Part shown: one piece after another, positions 24,157 through 37,800 of the stretch
Layout: every line of letters starts with the position of its first letter
Position numbering within the stretch: position 1 is the stretch's first letter
Program-made: the position numbers and the translations under genes
Notes under the pieces: model-generated
What the model was told of the DNA's origin: nothing
Database searches by the model: none
The model's input: the letters and a program-made list of their open reading frames with translations, nothing else
Source of the DNA: Amoebophrya sp. A120
Taxonomy: Eukaryota > Protista > Dinoflagellata
Assembly (NCBI GenBank): GCA_905178155.1
Contig: CAJINV010000002.1
Location: forward strand, 2,043,216 to 2,107,215
Direction of reading: 5' to 3'
DNA length: 64,000 nt

Positions 24157-24785
24157 CTTTGAAAAGGCTGTGCAAAATGTGGCTTGAAGATGTTCCTCTG
24201 CGTCTAAAAAAATTCAGTTGCTCATCAACAAAAGTATTTTTGATCATGAGGCAACAAAAATGCGAATCAAATCCGACAAAAACGTAGCTACAATGACTTT
24301 TGAATTCTACATCTACTGTAGTTCGTGTTCTTATTTGAGCCGGGATTTGGAGACCGAAAGCAAAACATCTGACATAATGATGGTCAGCTGCGTGTCTGTT
24401 GCAACACTTCAATTCGCTCAGTACACTTTATGTGAAACATAAAGAAGTTTCTTTGTGTTGGATCCTAAATCTGATTTTTTTTCAACAGCAGTTCTTCAAG
24501 TTCTTTATCGTTTGAACAAACATGATATTGCGCTCTGACACAAGGACAGGACAATCTAACGAGAATGAACAACGACAACCTGAACCGCAACAAAATTTCA
24601 CAGGCCACTTCTACCGTGATCGCATCAGGGCCTGCACGAGTGTTGCGCCTTTGTAGTTGGCATTTTTCGGGTGCGTCGTGTTTGTGCATATCAGCAAAGT
24701 GCGCAATAAGTAGTTTATTTTCATTTGTGAATTGCAGGTGTGATTGTGAGAGACAGGGACCGCACGAGCAATTTTCAAAATCCTA

Positions 24786-27700
24786 TCACTTCTTTTTCCC
24801 CTTCTTCCCTGCCCCCTTTCCGCCTTTCTTCCCACCACTTCCGTGTTGATTTTGTCCAGTTGGCGCTTGTGCACCAGCCGGTCCTCCCGCTCCTGCACTA
24901 CCACCAGCATTCGCCGCGTGGAACTTCTTCATATCGACAACCGCCTTAATCTGTCCATCCTCCCCCTGCTCCGCCCGCCCAATCACAATAGAAGTGTTTT
25001 CAAACGCGACGACCGCCCCGTCGTCTGGTCGAATATGCCCGATTGGTTGTACTATGTTCCCGTTCTCGTCCACCGCCACCGCAATCCCGTCGGGCGTCAC
25101 CGGAAATTCCTGCTCGTCGACTTCTTCTTCTTCTTCCGCTGCTTGCACACTGGAACTCAGCAAACTCGCCCCAATCCCCGCGTTATTTTTTCCCCCTCCG
25201 GCGCCGCCAAACGACCCAATACTCTCCATCCCGACATTCAGCCCGATGTTGTGGCCGGGGGGGAAGGAAACCGGTAAGGCGTCGGCGTGAACTCCTTCAC
25301 TTTTCCTTGATGGCACTGTATGCAATACAAATTTCCCGTACACGACGACGTACAGAATGCATGACAAATTTCAGCAACTTACAGCACACCACGACTTGTC
25401 ATGCTGAATAGGATTGAAGGAGAGTTTTGTCATGCAGAAACCGCATTTGTTGTACGTGTACGGCAAATTTACTGTGGATACGCTGTCTCCTTCTGCAGTA
25501 ACAAGATTTTCTCGTTGAATTCCGTGTGGAAATTTTTGTTCAAATCATCCATCCCCGTTTTCTATCCTGTGCAAAAGTATCGTACTCGTAGTAATCCCAT
25601 TCATGCATTACAAATTTTTTTCTCGAGGCACATCCGCATGACAAATTCCATTTCTCATGCTGGGGAAATTTGTATTGCAATTTATACTAGTACGATACTT
25701 TTGCAGTTCATATTTTCATGATTTTCTTCGTCTTTTTGCTCATTTTCTTCTCCGACTGCTCAAACACCGTGATCAACTTGTCCAACTTCTTCTCCAGCCT
25801 GGAAGCCGGCCCTTGTTCCTGCACATCCAGCATGTTATACCCCGTGTTGTTGGAAATTTCTGGCCGGTAAACGCCGTTGGGTTCTTCGCCTAAGTTGTTT
25901 ACCTCATCGTCATCAACGTCATCTCCAAAACCGAAAAGATTCGTTAATGCGGTGATAGCTTGTTTCCCGACAGAAGAAGCTGCGGAAGTGGCTTTGTCCG
26001 CGGCTTTGGAAACTTGGTTCAGCGTATGCAGTGCAAAACAAGTATCTCACTCGTACTAATCGCTCTGGCAATCATGCATGACAGATCTAGTGTTCTCCAT
26101 GTATTTTTGCATCACAAATTTGTGAATTTCCTTCTGGAGAAAATTTGTCATGCGGTTTGTCCTAGTACGATACTTTTGTATTGCATACAGTAAATCTGGG
26201 TTCTCCCGCTTCGGATCCGGGATGTTCAACCCGGTTATCCACAAAAAAACAACCATCCCCGTCCAGTTTGTCATGCAAAACATGTATGAAGTCCTGTGTT
26301 TGTCATGCATAAAATGGATGGGGAAGGATGGTTGTTTTTTCCTGGATACCGGTTTGGAGCATGATATCCTCTTCATCATCGAAGTAATCCCGTTGATACC
26401 CTCCGTGGGAAACACGATGTAGCTGCCTCCCCTGCTTCAACAACTGCAATCTCCTTTCCAACAACCGGACGAAATAGCCCGGTTCCGTGTCGGAGTGCGT
26501 CCAATGCTGTGTGGATTTCCGGTTTCCGCGGAGTTTGACTTTCAATTTCCTGCGTCTGTTCTGCTCTAAAATGAAGCTCAAAGTCGCTGTTGCCTCAACC
26601 AAAGCAAAGTCCTCGGATTCGTTCACGGTCAACAACCTGAGTCTTGTGTTCCTCGGAAGCTTCGTGTCGTCCCGTTCGTCTAGCATGGGGCCGATTCTCG
26701 GCTGAAGTAGATCGTCCGGTGGTTGGTTTAAGATTGACGTCACTAACTCCGGGAGAGTTTTCAACTGCTTCGGGTCTACTTTCGGAATGCCGTCGGCGGA
26801 GAGTTCGTTGTGGTAGTCGAGAATTTGCTTCGCGACGGACTTCGGGTCGGATTTTTTCGATTTCTTGGAAGAGGAGGACTTTTTCTTCTTTTTCTTCTTC
26901 CGATTGTCATCGGAAGATGAGCTGCTGCTGCTGGAGGAACTGCTGGAACGCTTTTTGCGCTTCTTTTCTGGGAAGAAGAGGAAGGGATTCGGCATAGTGG
27001 AAGTCGAAGTTTGTTTCCTTTCTGTCGGAGCAGTTTCCAGCTCGTCTTGTTCCTGGTCACGTTCTGGAGCTCCTTCGTCTTCTGCCTGGGATGGAGAGCC
27101 GCTGCTCGGAAGGAGTCCGTCCACTTCCTCCGCATTGTCATCAAGCTGTTCAGCAACAGAAACTTCACAATCCCGCTCTCCATCAGAACTGCTTCCCGGC
27201 GGACTCGGGTACCTCAATCTCGGCGCTTTCGCTTTCCCCTTCGGTTTCCCCTTCGCTTTCGCCTTTCCTTTCCCAGCAGCAGGACCACCGGCAGCCTGGT
27301 ACTGCGCCGCTTGCTGGTGCATCTGGTTTATCCGTTCCTCGTGTTCCTGGACCATGATCCGCTGTTCGTGCTGGTTCTGCAACACAGCGTGCACCTCCGC
27401 AATCTCTTCCGGCACGTCGATGCTCAGCATCTCCTTCACAAACTTCCTCGTAGAGTAAAACTGCGCAAACACATCCCGCGCCTCCTCCCCTAACGTCTCC
27501 CCCGTAACCCGCATCACCGGTCGGGTTTTTCCTAAAAAATCGATTTTCGATTTGTCCACTTTCTTCAAATATGCACTACAGAAGTATCGCACTCGTAGAA
27601 GTATTGCAATACAAATTAGCTGAGCATGACAAATGGAATTTGTCATGCTGATTTAGCTTGAAGAAGAAATTTGTAATGCATAACTGCAATTAGTACGAGT

Positions 27701-30700
27701 ACAATACTTTTGCAGTGCATATCAAATCCACTTTCCGGTCCAAAATCGGCTGCCCGTTCGGCTTCACGAACATCGCGTGGATCGAGTGGCTATGCATTGC
27801 AAAAGTACTATCGTAGGTATTTGTACTAAACTGCGATCACGCATGACAAATGTGGTTTCCTCGCTGAATCTGCATGACAAATTCCAATTAATTTTGTTCC
27901 TGAGAAAACTTGTCATGCCGTTCATACTAGTGCGATACTTTTATATATAAGTACTTTTGCAATGCATAATGCTCCGGGTGGATTTCGCTGTCGATCCGTT
28001 CCAACATCGGCATCGTTTTCGCTTTATCTAAAGGTATGATCGGCGTTTTCATCGTCCCGTCTTCATCTGGTAAGGATGGTAACAACGCCTGCCCGTTGTG
28101 CGGGTTCAACAACACACACGGCAGGCCAGAAGAAGCCAAAATCGGAAAAATCGGCACCCGTTTCACCGCTTCCGACTCCTTCAAGTCCAACCCGGCCACG
28201 GTATCCGTGAAAATGGTTTTCGATACTAGCATATGGATTGCACATATGCCTGGGTCTGGAAGAATGCAAACCTGTGATGCACATTTCAGGACACAGAAAA
28301 ATCTCTCATGCATCGGTAGCAGAAGCTGCCGACTTTCTGTCACCAAAATGGGCGCTTTGCTATGCGGATTCGGCATTGCGAAAGCTACTCGAAACCTGTG
28401 ATGCTAGAGCTCCCATGCCAGCCCCCTCTGTGTCATGCAAAAACAGCATGACTCTTCCAGACCCAGACATTTTTGCATTTCATATAGCATCGGTAAAGAA
28501 AAAGTTCCGTTCAAATCCGTCTTCGACGTATCCCCGGCGTGATCTTTCTCATCGACGTAGACGATTGGATGGAAGACCAAATGCGGCACATGGTGCTCCA
28601 ACTCCTGCGGAATCATGAACGGCGGCTTGTGCTCGACTTGGTCGTTGAAATCGTAGCAGGTTTTAATTTTCCCGACCGTTTGAAACAAGTGCTTCAAATG
28701 CTCCTGACACTTCACGGCAGTTCCCTCTTCCGTCGACTGTTTCAACTGGCAGGAAGAAACCAACAATTCCGCCTGGTGCAGCATCAACACCGGATCTAAC
28801 TTCACCAATTTGTTCAGCCCGACTGGGTCCCTTCTGCAGATTGGCGACTCGTTATAACAGTGCACAACTCCCCCTCCCCGCCCTCATTTGTATAGCATGA
28901 ACGGCAATACAAGCATCAGCAAAAATGCCGGTCTTGCATGACAAATTTGCAGTGGAGTACGGTGAGATTTGGGCTACCAGAACTTGTCATGCAAACAGTG
29001 TGAAGAGGCAAAGGGTGGATTGGGTATTTTGCATGACAAATGAGGGGGAGGGGGAGTTAGGCACTGTCATACTCGTCTTCGGAACTCAAAGACTCGTAGT
29101 CAGAATCGGAATCAAACTTTATCGCAAGGAAAAATCCCCCCTCCCCATATTGAAGAGGTGAGGTCTCGAGAATTTGTGTTGCTGATTTGAGGTCACAAAT
29201 CACGTTTGTGTTGCAAGAAGACAAAGGCAGCAGCTTCCGTCCCATTATGGAGGCGGTTTGTCATGCTGTTGAGCCAACATCACGGACGCTTCTCATGCTA
29301 AGCGCCAAAGTCAAAGCCTCTCTACTCAGGCTTGATATGGGTCTGCAGTCCTCTCCAGCAAGACAAATGCGATTTGTGTACTCAAATACAGCAACACAAA
29401 TTTCGCTTTCGATATGGGGAGGGGGGATTTTTCCTCACAATAAACTTCCCCCCGTCCTTCATCTTCTCGTAGGATGTGGTGATCCCCAGCATGACGTTCT
29501 CGAGGAATTTCTTGGTTCTCATCCCGAGATGCCAGGAAACTTGGAACTTCGCGTAATCTAACCGGTTGAACTCGAACGTGTCTTTCAGCTCCCTGCGTCT
29601 GACGAAGATTAAGAAACAGCAAATCGACAAAAACCTCGCCACTTGCGCGCAGAGTTGCGGTTCGTTCGTGTAGGCGGTGGAGATCAAAACGATTTCCTGG
29701 ATCGAATGCTGGCTCATCTGCGATTTTGGGATCCCACGCGCGTAGAGAATCCCGTTGGACAAGAGCGTCAGTAACTCCGTTAAGAGCAACCCCTTCCGGT
29801 GTAGTCTCGCGATGGCATTTCTAGACTGCTCCTGGACGAAATTCGTGGATTCTTTGTACTCTTTCGCGAGATTCCCGTCTTTGTCGCTGTCGACCAACTG
29901 CTGCTCGATGGTTAAAGCTTTCGCTGTTCGTACGACGTCGTCGGACTCTTTCAAGTACATGATGCCGCGGAGAGAAATCTCATAACCGTTCATCGCGTTG
30001 AAAGCCCGTCGGTATTCGTCATTCCGCCGGTTGTGGAAGTACAGGGTGAAGGTCGTTAGACGGACGGCGAGGAGAGTCTGATAGTTTCGTTTGCATTGAT
30101 TTTTCGATTTGAATTTGCGGTGCAAGCACTCGAGCCGGAGTGTGATTTGTCATGCGTAAACAAAGCAAAAAAAGCGTTTCAAATGCAGTAGTTGTTGTAC
30201 CGGTTCATAAAAGCTCGCAATCGCCTCCGCAAAAACCGTTTGGCTCTGCGCAATCATGTGGATCCACTTTAACGGTATTGCTAAAACCCCCTTCAACTGG
30301 TAAAAAACCGGCTCGTAGGCTAAGCAGAAGTGGAGCAGACACTCGAGCAGCAGCCGGAATGCCAAACCCAGCACATCATATTCCGAGCCGATCAACAGCA
30401 ACGACATGATCTCGTCGGTGGTTCTGTTCTCCGGCAAAATTTCCGCCGGTATGTCGTAGTCGGTGACGATGTGGACTTTATCCGGCTGCATGGAAGTCTC
30501 GTGCGGGGAAGTAGCTGAATGAGCCGCTGCGCCGGTGGATGTGGCGTGGTGAGCTGCAGCTGCACTTGCGCCGTGTGGTCCTCCGTGGGGCCCTCCTGGG
30601 TGCGGACCGCCGGGTGGATGCCCGTGCGGATCCATGTGGTGTGGTGGTATCGGATGCCCGTGCGGATCCACGTGGTGTGGTGGTATTGGATGCCCGTGCG

Positions 30701-33700
30701 GATCCACGTGGTGTGGTGGTATTGGATGCCCGTGCGCATCGACATGCCCGTGCGGCACAGGATGCCCAGCACCCGGGTGCTGTGGATGGTGCATGTTGCT
30801 CGGGTGGTGCGGATCTGGATGTGGCATCATGCCAGGATGTTGCATTTGGTGATGCGGATCGAGATGTTGCGGAGGATGGCCGGGTGGATGTGCAGCTGCG
30901 TGGACGTCGTGAGAGAGATGCTGCTCTGGGAAGAACAGCATGGAGGACAATGCGGGTTTTGCTTGGACAGGAGGCGGCGGTGGTTTCCGGATCTGAGGTC
31001 CGAGAGTGATGGTCGGGCCAGCAACATCTCCGCTAGCAACCAGCGGAAGCTGCAGCTCTCTTTCAAATCCCTTCTTACGCCGAAAGAGAAGTTTACAGGA
31101 TAGGGTGCTCTTCTTGTCTTCGTCTTGACAACTGCTCATCTTCTCGTCCTTCAGGATCTCTAGCTTCTGCAAAAACCGGTCCAAATCCTTCTGCGCAGCT
31201 GTTTCTCTCGCAAAGTTGCGTGCGCTATCTTCGTCGGCTGGTGAAGATGCAGCTTTTGGCACGTGGGAAAATCGTTTTCCTTCATTGTCGATCACGAGCA
31301 GAACAGCGAGTTCTACGGAAGAGTCGGACTCTGCAATGCCCGCACTGATCGCCCCCATCACCTTCTTCCGCACGTCTTTGTACCGCGGAAAGCTGCAGGT
31401 GAAGGATACTGGTGGTAAATCATAAAGCTGTAGCTTCTTCTTTTCCCGCAGAAAGAACCAAGCGACTTTGGTTTTTGTTCCGCCAGTCCGAACACTGTCT
31501 GCTAACGCGTTTCGCAAGACAGATTCCACCACCTCGCAGCTTGCAGTGGTGGTTTTCAACAGGTCCGTGGCGTAGAAGTTTTTCTTCAGCTGCGTCTTCT
31601 TCGACGCATCTGCATCTGCTTGTTGTTCCGAAGACGAAGTTGTAGCCGTGGTTACACACAGATGAAGCAGCAGGTCCCCGACGCTGACGCCTTTTACCTT
31701 CGCTGGATTTTTCACGGCGGCAACCGTCAAATCGGCCTTGAACTTCAATCCGAAGGTGTCCCAGACAGAGAAAGAACCCGCTGTACTAAACTCTTCATCA
31801 CAACTCTGCGACCAGCCGGCGAGACCATGAGGCCCAGGGGTTTTGGAATCGACGAGACATTGGGCGCACAGGAGGAAGTCCTCGTGGTTTTCTTTCTCAA
31901 CACTGTCGTTCTGTTGTTCGACCTGCTGACGTGCCGCCGCTGCAGCTGTGAGAGATGAAGGTGCTTTTGGCAGTGCATTTTCGCACAGAAAATCGGCTTC
32001 CGATTTGTTCTCCGGGTAGAACAAGCCTTGGAACGGTTGTTGATTCACAACTTGTGTTGGAGAACTGGCAACTGCTTCCGCTTCGTTGTCTTCAGCAGCT
32101 CCACCATCCTCCCCTGCATCTATCACCGCGCTCCTCACCGAAGTCGGCGAGGAGCCCCAGGAGTTGTTGCTCAGGCGAAAAGACCGTTCTGATTCCCTGT
32201 TGGAACTACGACTTGCAAGATCGCTTTCGTTTTCATCGTTGATGTTCTTGCCGCTGTTGTCCCGCGAAAAGAAGCTTCCAGGAGAGGAATTCAAGCCCCC
32301 GTAGGAAGATGCTTTGTCTTCATCCTCACTGTTGAATTCCTTGCCGTCACCGGCGACGAGGTTCTTTCCTTCTTCAAAAAACGACGGAGATTCAACAACG
32401 TCTTCATCACTATTCCCGTATTGACTCCCAGGCGGACTCGGATAGTGCTGCATCGGCGGCGGTGCGTGCTCCTCTTGTATCAACTGCCCTCGCCCCATGC
32501 TCGCGCCCTGCCGAGGCTGGTTGTGATGCGCTTCTGCGGTTGGGTTGTGATCTTCTTCATGATGTTGTTCTACTCCTCTCACCGGTGCCATGCTCGCACC
32601 TATCTTCGGCCCGCCGATCGCCATTGATTTCATCGCCGCTCCTCCGCCAGCCATGGATTTCATCGCGTTTCCGACACCCGCCATTGACTTCTGCGGGGCC
32701 ATTGAAGCGCCGATCGCCGGTGCTCCACCGTGACCGCCAACTGCCATGGATTTCATCACTGCCCCGCCCGCCATGGATTTCATCGCGCTTCCAACTCCGC
32801 CTCCCGCGTGCGGAGCCATTGAAGCGCCGATCTTCGGTACTCCAGCCATGGACTTCATCGCGCCAGCAGCACCCGGCGCCATCGACTTCTGCGGCGCCAT
32901 CGAGGCCATCGGATTGTGTCCGCCAGCACCCGGTGCCATCGATTTCTGCGGTGCCATCGAGGCCATCGGGTTATGCCCACCGCCCCCAACTCCACCCAAA
33001 ACCATGGATTTCTGCGGACCGGCATGTTGTCCCAACGCTACCATGGACTTCTGCGGACCGCCATGGCCTATTAACGCCATGGACTTTTGTGCAGCGGCAG
33101 CACCGTCACCATGATCTTCCTCACCACCTCCTCCTAAAACCATGCTCTTCTGCGCCCCACCTCCGCCTAACACCATGGATTTCTGCGCGCCAGCGTGCGG
33201 CGCCATGCTCGCGCCAATCCTTGGAGCCCCAGCCATGGATTTTATCGCCCCACCTCCAACACCCCCTGCCGCGTGTGATTTCATCGGGGAGGGAGCCATA
33301 CTGGCACCAACGTTCGGGGCCATGGATCTTACCGCGGAATGATGATCACCGCCACCAGTCGTCCCGCCAAGCGCTACCATCGACTTCATCGCCCCGTGTC
33401 CCGCAATCGTGGATTTCTGGCCGTGGTGGTCTCCTGCAGCTCCTGAATGCGCTATTCCCGAATGGTGATGAAGATCCTCGCCGCCTTCCGGATGTGGTTC
33501 CAACCCAATCACTTTCCTCGCGTTGTTCGGTAGCTGCTTCAACACATTCCCTGGGTTCACATGTACCAACTGCGACACTACATCACCGTGATGATGGGAC
33601 ATGTAGGTCAAAATCTGCTCCGAATTCACTTCCTTCGGATGAATCAGCCGGTGCCAATCGCTCACCAGCATCTCCGGATCTAGGAGCAACTCGGATAAAA

Positions 33701-34566
33701 ACTGCTGTGTCGGATCTTCTCCAAAACCGAATATGGCACTCTCAAGCGTTACATTCTCAACTGTTACATGATTTGTCATGCAAAATGAACATCAACATCC
33801 ACGAAGTGAAGCTACTTCGCATGACAAATTTTTGAAAGGCTAAACCGCACCTGAATCTGTGCGGAATTTGTAATGCTACAGCTGCATCCTTCCTGCTTTG
33901 ACTTTTGCCATTCTTGCATAACAAATTGAAATTCATGTAAGCAGTTGAGATTGTGACAGTTGAGAACGCCATACCGAGCCCACTCCTCTTCGACGGCATA
34001 GGTTTCCCTCTCGCCATCTGCTTCGCCATGTGCATCGCTGCCGCAGCGGCTTTCTTGTGCAATTCCACCTGCTCATACTCCTTCTGCAACTTTTCCATGT
34101 GCTCCGCATGGTGCGCTTCCGCCTCCTGCCTCCGCGTCTCCGCATGCTGTTCCGCCGCTGCTCTAATCTCTTCCGCGGTTTTGTGCGCCTGCTGCGTGTG
34201 GTGCTCCGCGTGCTGCTTCGCTTCCTCCATCAACCTCTCCGCCTCCGCTTCCGCGTGGGCGAGGGAGTGCGCGTCTAATTTTCCATCCACTTGCTTTCGC
34301 CAGTCGGTGATGTGGTCTCTCTGTCGCTCGTGCGCGGGGATTTCTAACGTCGCTTTCAAAATCTCCGCGAGTAAGCTGCTATCGTGGGCGGAAACGTCGG
34401 CGGCGGTGATACCGGAAGTGACTCTGATTGCTTCTCGAATTTCCATCGCTTCTCCCGGGGCGCGTCTGGACAGAACCGAGCGGACGAACTTTTCGAACAT
34501 GAAGGTGACTAGAGTTTCCCCGGCTTGGAGGGTATGCGGTGGTGCAAAAAAGCCTCGTCGTTGCAC
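24786..34566 (-). CDS. Giant hypothetical protein (~2550 aa or more): helical segments, KSM-rich and His/Pro-rich repeats
   Basis: Frame stays continuous after removing 10 introners and GT-AG intron 30078-30200. The start is unresolved and the gene may be joined to the model at 34853-40225. Confidence 0.72.
25319..25480. mobile_element. Introner family D
   Basis: tatgcaatacaaatttcccgtacacg...cgtgtacggcaaatttactgtggata. DR cactg/cgctg. Frame restored. Confidence 0.88.
25563..25712. mobile_element. Introner family B
   Basis: DR ttttc/ttttc. Removal gives KIMKTGMDDL. Confidence 0.92.
26025..26187. mobile_element. Introner family B
   Basis: DR cagcg/cagta. Removal gives PDLLNQVSK. Confidence 0.88.
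26236..26348. mobile_element. Introner family C
   Basis: DR ccggt/ccggt. Homologous to 1719-1836. Removal gives LQTGLNIPDP. Confidence 0.92.
27570..27721. mobile_element. Introner family B
   Basis: DR tcaaa/tcaaa. Removal gives KVDLKKVDK. Confidence 0.9.
27791..27968. mobile_element. Introner family B (degenerate)
   Basis: tatgcattgcaaaagtact...agtacttttgcaatgcata. DR gtggc/atgct. Removal gives HPEHSIHAMF. Confidence 0.82.
28232..28484. mobile_element. Introner family A
   Basis: DR tagca/tagca. Removal gives LPMLVSKTIF. Confidence 0.92.
28853..29071. mobile_element. Introner family E
   Basis: tataacagtgcacaactccccctcccc...ggggagggggagttaggcactgtcata. DR ctcgt/ctcgt. Frame restored. Confidence 0.9.
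29120..29442. mobile_element. Introner family F
   Basis: tatcgcaaggaaaaatcccccctccccatat...atatggggaggggggatttttcctcacaata. DR aactt/aactt. Frame restored. Confidence 0.9.
30613..30750 (-). repeat. 36-nt coding tandem repeat (HHVDPHGHPIPP-like, ~3-4 units)
   Basis: Visible in the DNA and in ORF 30150-33779. Confidence 0.85.
32560..33420 (-). repeat. Degenerate coding repeats GASMAPQKSMA / MKSMAG
   Basis: Many KSM/ASM motifs in ORF 30150-33779. Confidence 0.8.
33732..33973. mobile_element. Introner family G
   Basis: ~45-bp TIR with internal tctcaactg repeats. DR ccgaa/ccgag. Removal gives SGLGFGEDPTQ. Confidence 0.88.
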
Positions 34567-34852
34567 TCCTTGTTTGAGAAGGACAAAAAAGCTGCAGCTG
34601 CACTGCGAGTTTCTATTATGATCTCATCCAGGATGGCAAATTGCACTTTGTCGTTTGTTTATCGCATCAGAAAGTCAGCGAATTTTCAAAATTTTGTTTT
34701 TATTGGATTCGAAAATCCACGAAAATTCAAAATTTTACTTTTATCGCAAACTACGGAAACGAAAAAAAGTGCAGGTCCAAAAGAACAAACATCAAGAAAG
34801 GCGCTGGTGTCAGAAGCTGGAAAGAGGCTTGACCAAACAAAATTCAGATTAG

Positions 34853-37800
34853 CTACCAGCCACGAAATTTCAAAATTTTATTTTTATGCACGACAGGTTT
34901 CGTTTTCTTTTTCATCTCAACATTAAAACCTCTGCTACTGAACAAGTACGACAGACTTTTGCACCAAACATAAATAAATTCCGGAAACAGTTCCCTGCTG
35001 TTTTCCGCCAGAAAATCCTCGTGGATTTTCAACCCCGACTCCAACAACTGCAGCATCACCCGAAACGTCCGCACTAATAATTTCTCCGATTTCCGCGGCA
35101 TTTGCCCCGTCGACTGCGAGGGGTTTTCCTCATCTCCATGTCTATTCGCCACCTTAGACTGGTACCGGATCTGCGCCTGGATCACCCGCATACAGGCGGC
35201 TAACGCGTTTGCGGACAATTGGTGAAATCTCGACAGCCCCTCTAAAACGGACAAGAAGTGGTACTGGACGGAATAGGAAGAAATGTGGGTTTTGTGGGTT
35301 AACAAAATCGATGGCAACGCCTGCGTATGCAGTGCAAAAGTATCGTAATCGTATAAATGCATTACAAATCTCCTCAGCATGAGAAATAAAATTTGTAATG
35401 CTGATTTGCCGTGAGAAGAAGATTTGTAATGCATGATTGCAATACGAGTGCGATACTTTTGCACAGGATACTGCGTCACCACCTGCGCACGGTACAAGTC
35501 GCAGCACTGCAAGACCCTTGCCAGAGCGAACATCGCTGCGCCTTGGATTTTATGCATTGCAAATATGTGGTCTGGGTCTGGAGAGGTTGAACCTGTATTG
35601 CGTTGTTCGCCTACCTAAAAAATCTCTGTTGCATAAGCAGCAAATAAAGCACCACACGCACCTTCGTCATGCAAGAGCACAGTTTGTAATGCGTTCTGCG
35701 CATGAGAAAGCGATTGAAAAATTTGTCATGCTGCACTGCACTTAAAGGCGCAGTCAATCATACCCCTTCAGCATTACAAGTTTATTCCAGACCCAGACAT
35801 ATCTGCATTTGATAGATTTTTCGCCAATTCGGGTACAAGTCCATCACGGATAGCAGTAGCCCGACCACGTTCCGCTTTACGGTTATCCAAGAAAAAAACT
35901 GTGTTAGTGTAACTTTCTTTGGCTGACAGCATCACAAATTTGCTCTACATGACAGAGAAAACCTGTCATGCGTGGCTTGTAAGGGAAAATACACATGAAA
36001 AAAGGACTTCACGGCTGTGTGGCATGACAGGCGTAACTGTGTTGCATGTTCTTCATTACAGAGTTACACTTACACAGCTTTTTTCTTGCATAACGGTGAT
36101 CTCGTATTTCACAGCGGGATTTTTCTTCGTCTTCGGATTCGTTTCGAAAACCCCAGCAAGCCTGGTGTTCGACTGCTTCACGCCAAGATCTCTAGACTCT
36201 TTATCCATCTTCCCTTTATGGTACACAAACCCTTCCGATTCATGCACCACGATCCGTAAATTCACCTGCTGTCTCCGCGCGTAGAGGAATTCGAACATGG
36301 ATTGGATGCAGATCAAACATTTCAGCAACAGTGTGGTTTGGGAAAGAGCGGATTCTAATCCTCGTAAACAGTGGTTCATCTGGTGCTCCAATTTGTACTC
36401 AAACGCCTGGCCAATGTAGAAGATGGTGATGCAGGATTCTAACACTTTGATGTACTGCTGGGTGGAAGGTAGTTGTTTCCCGCGGCTTTCGTCGTCAAAA
36501 TTGTCGAAAGCCGCAGAACTGGCTGCACCATGCGCATGAGAAGTTCGTTTTGCTTTCTTTTTCCACGGGTTGCTCCCGTGCTGTTCCAGAATCTCACACG
36601 CGAAATCAATCACATGCGCGTGGTTCTGACGGTTCAATGGGTACATGGCTAGAATTCTCGCCGGTAGTTTCTGCTGTCCCAACTTCCACCACGCTTTGGA
36701 ATCTTTGTAGTCTACGTAGTGGTGTTGGTCGGTGTTGGGGTCGACCGTGTCAATAGCTTCGTTGGTGATAGAAACTGGATACCCGCCCTGGTTCGCGTTA
36801 TTTGACTGTGCATTATTCATCCCGGTCAACAATTCGATCTCCTCGTCGGTTCCGGCTAGAGACAAATCCGGATTCCGGTTTTGCACGACGTTCGCCGCGG
36901 GGGTAAAGCGGGTCTTGTTCCTGCTTCCTTTCCTGTTGTTCTTCACTCCGTGCGGTTTTTTCGCTGAATCATAATCGGACTCCGATATCACAAGAAAAAA
37001 GTATTGCAGTTACATATTTGTTGTAACTTCAGCAACACAAATTTTCTCTGTGTGGCAGAGAAAACTTGCAATGCAGAGATCCTAAGGGAAAACACGAACG
37101 AAATGACGTTCGCAAGCATTTCCTGCATGACAAAGGTTGTCTGTCTTGCGGCTCCTGCAACACAATGTGTAACTGTAACACTTGTTTCTCACGATATCCG
37201 AATCGGAAAAATCGTTCCGGTCGTCCTCGATAATCCCGGATTGGTCCGTGGCGTATATACTGTGCAAAAGTATCGCACTCGTACTAATCGTAGTCATGCA
37301 TTACAAGTCTGCTTCTCAGGGGTAATCCGCATTGCAGATTTAATTCCTCACGCTGAGGAAATTTGTCATGCGATTTATACTAGCACCATACTGTTGCAGT
37401 GGATAGCGTAAACCCCACCACCACCCAATGCCCCTAACCCCGCGAGAGAAACCGGCGACATCACCATCGCTAATGCGTGGAGGAAAAGCGGGTTCTTGTG
37501 GTACTTTAGCAGACCGGAGATTTCCGTGAACAGCGGTTTCCCTAGTTGCAGTCGGTAGTTTGTGTGGTTGAAGAGAACTAAAAGTGCCCCGACCCCGTAG
37601 TGGGCGATTTCCGGGTAGCGGGGGAAGTAGTGGGTTTTCGTTTTGTGTTTGGTTTGCTGGTTCTGGTCGTAATCTTCTGAAGTATTTGTTTGTCCTCCGC
37701 CGAGGAAGCCGGCATAACCACCTTGGCTTTCCTCCTCATTTGCACCGCCGCCTTGCAGTGGACCGTCCACCTCCTCCCCAGTTTCTGCATGCACGTGCAC

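Noticed and set aside
32462-33835. Long plus-strand ORFs (457 aa here; also 880-1791, 43928-44668, 54776-55504)
   Set aside because: Antisense shadows of repetitive minus-strand exons.
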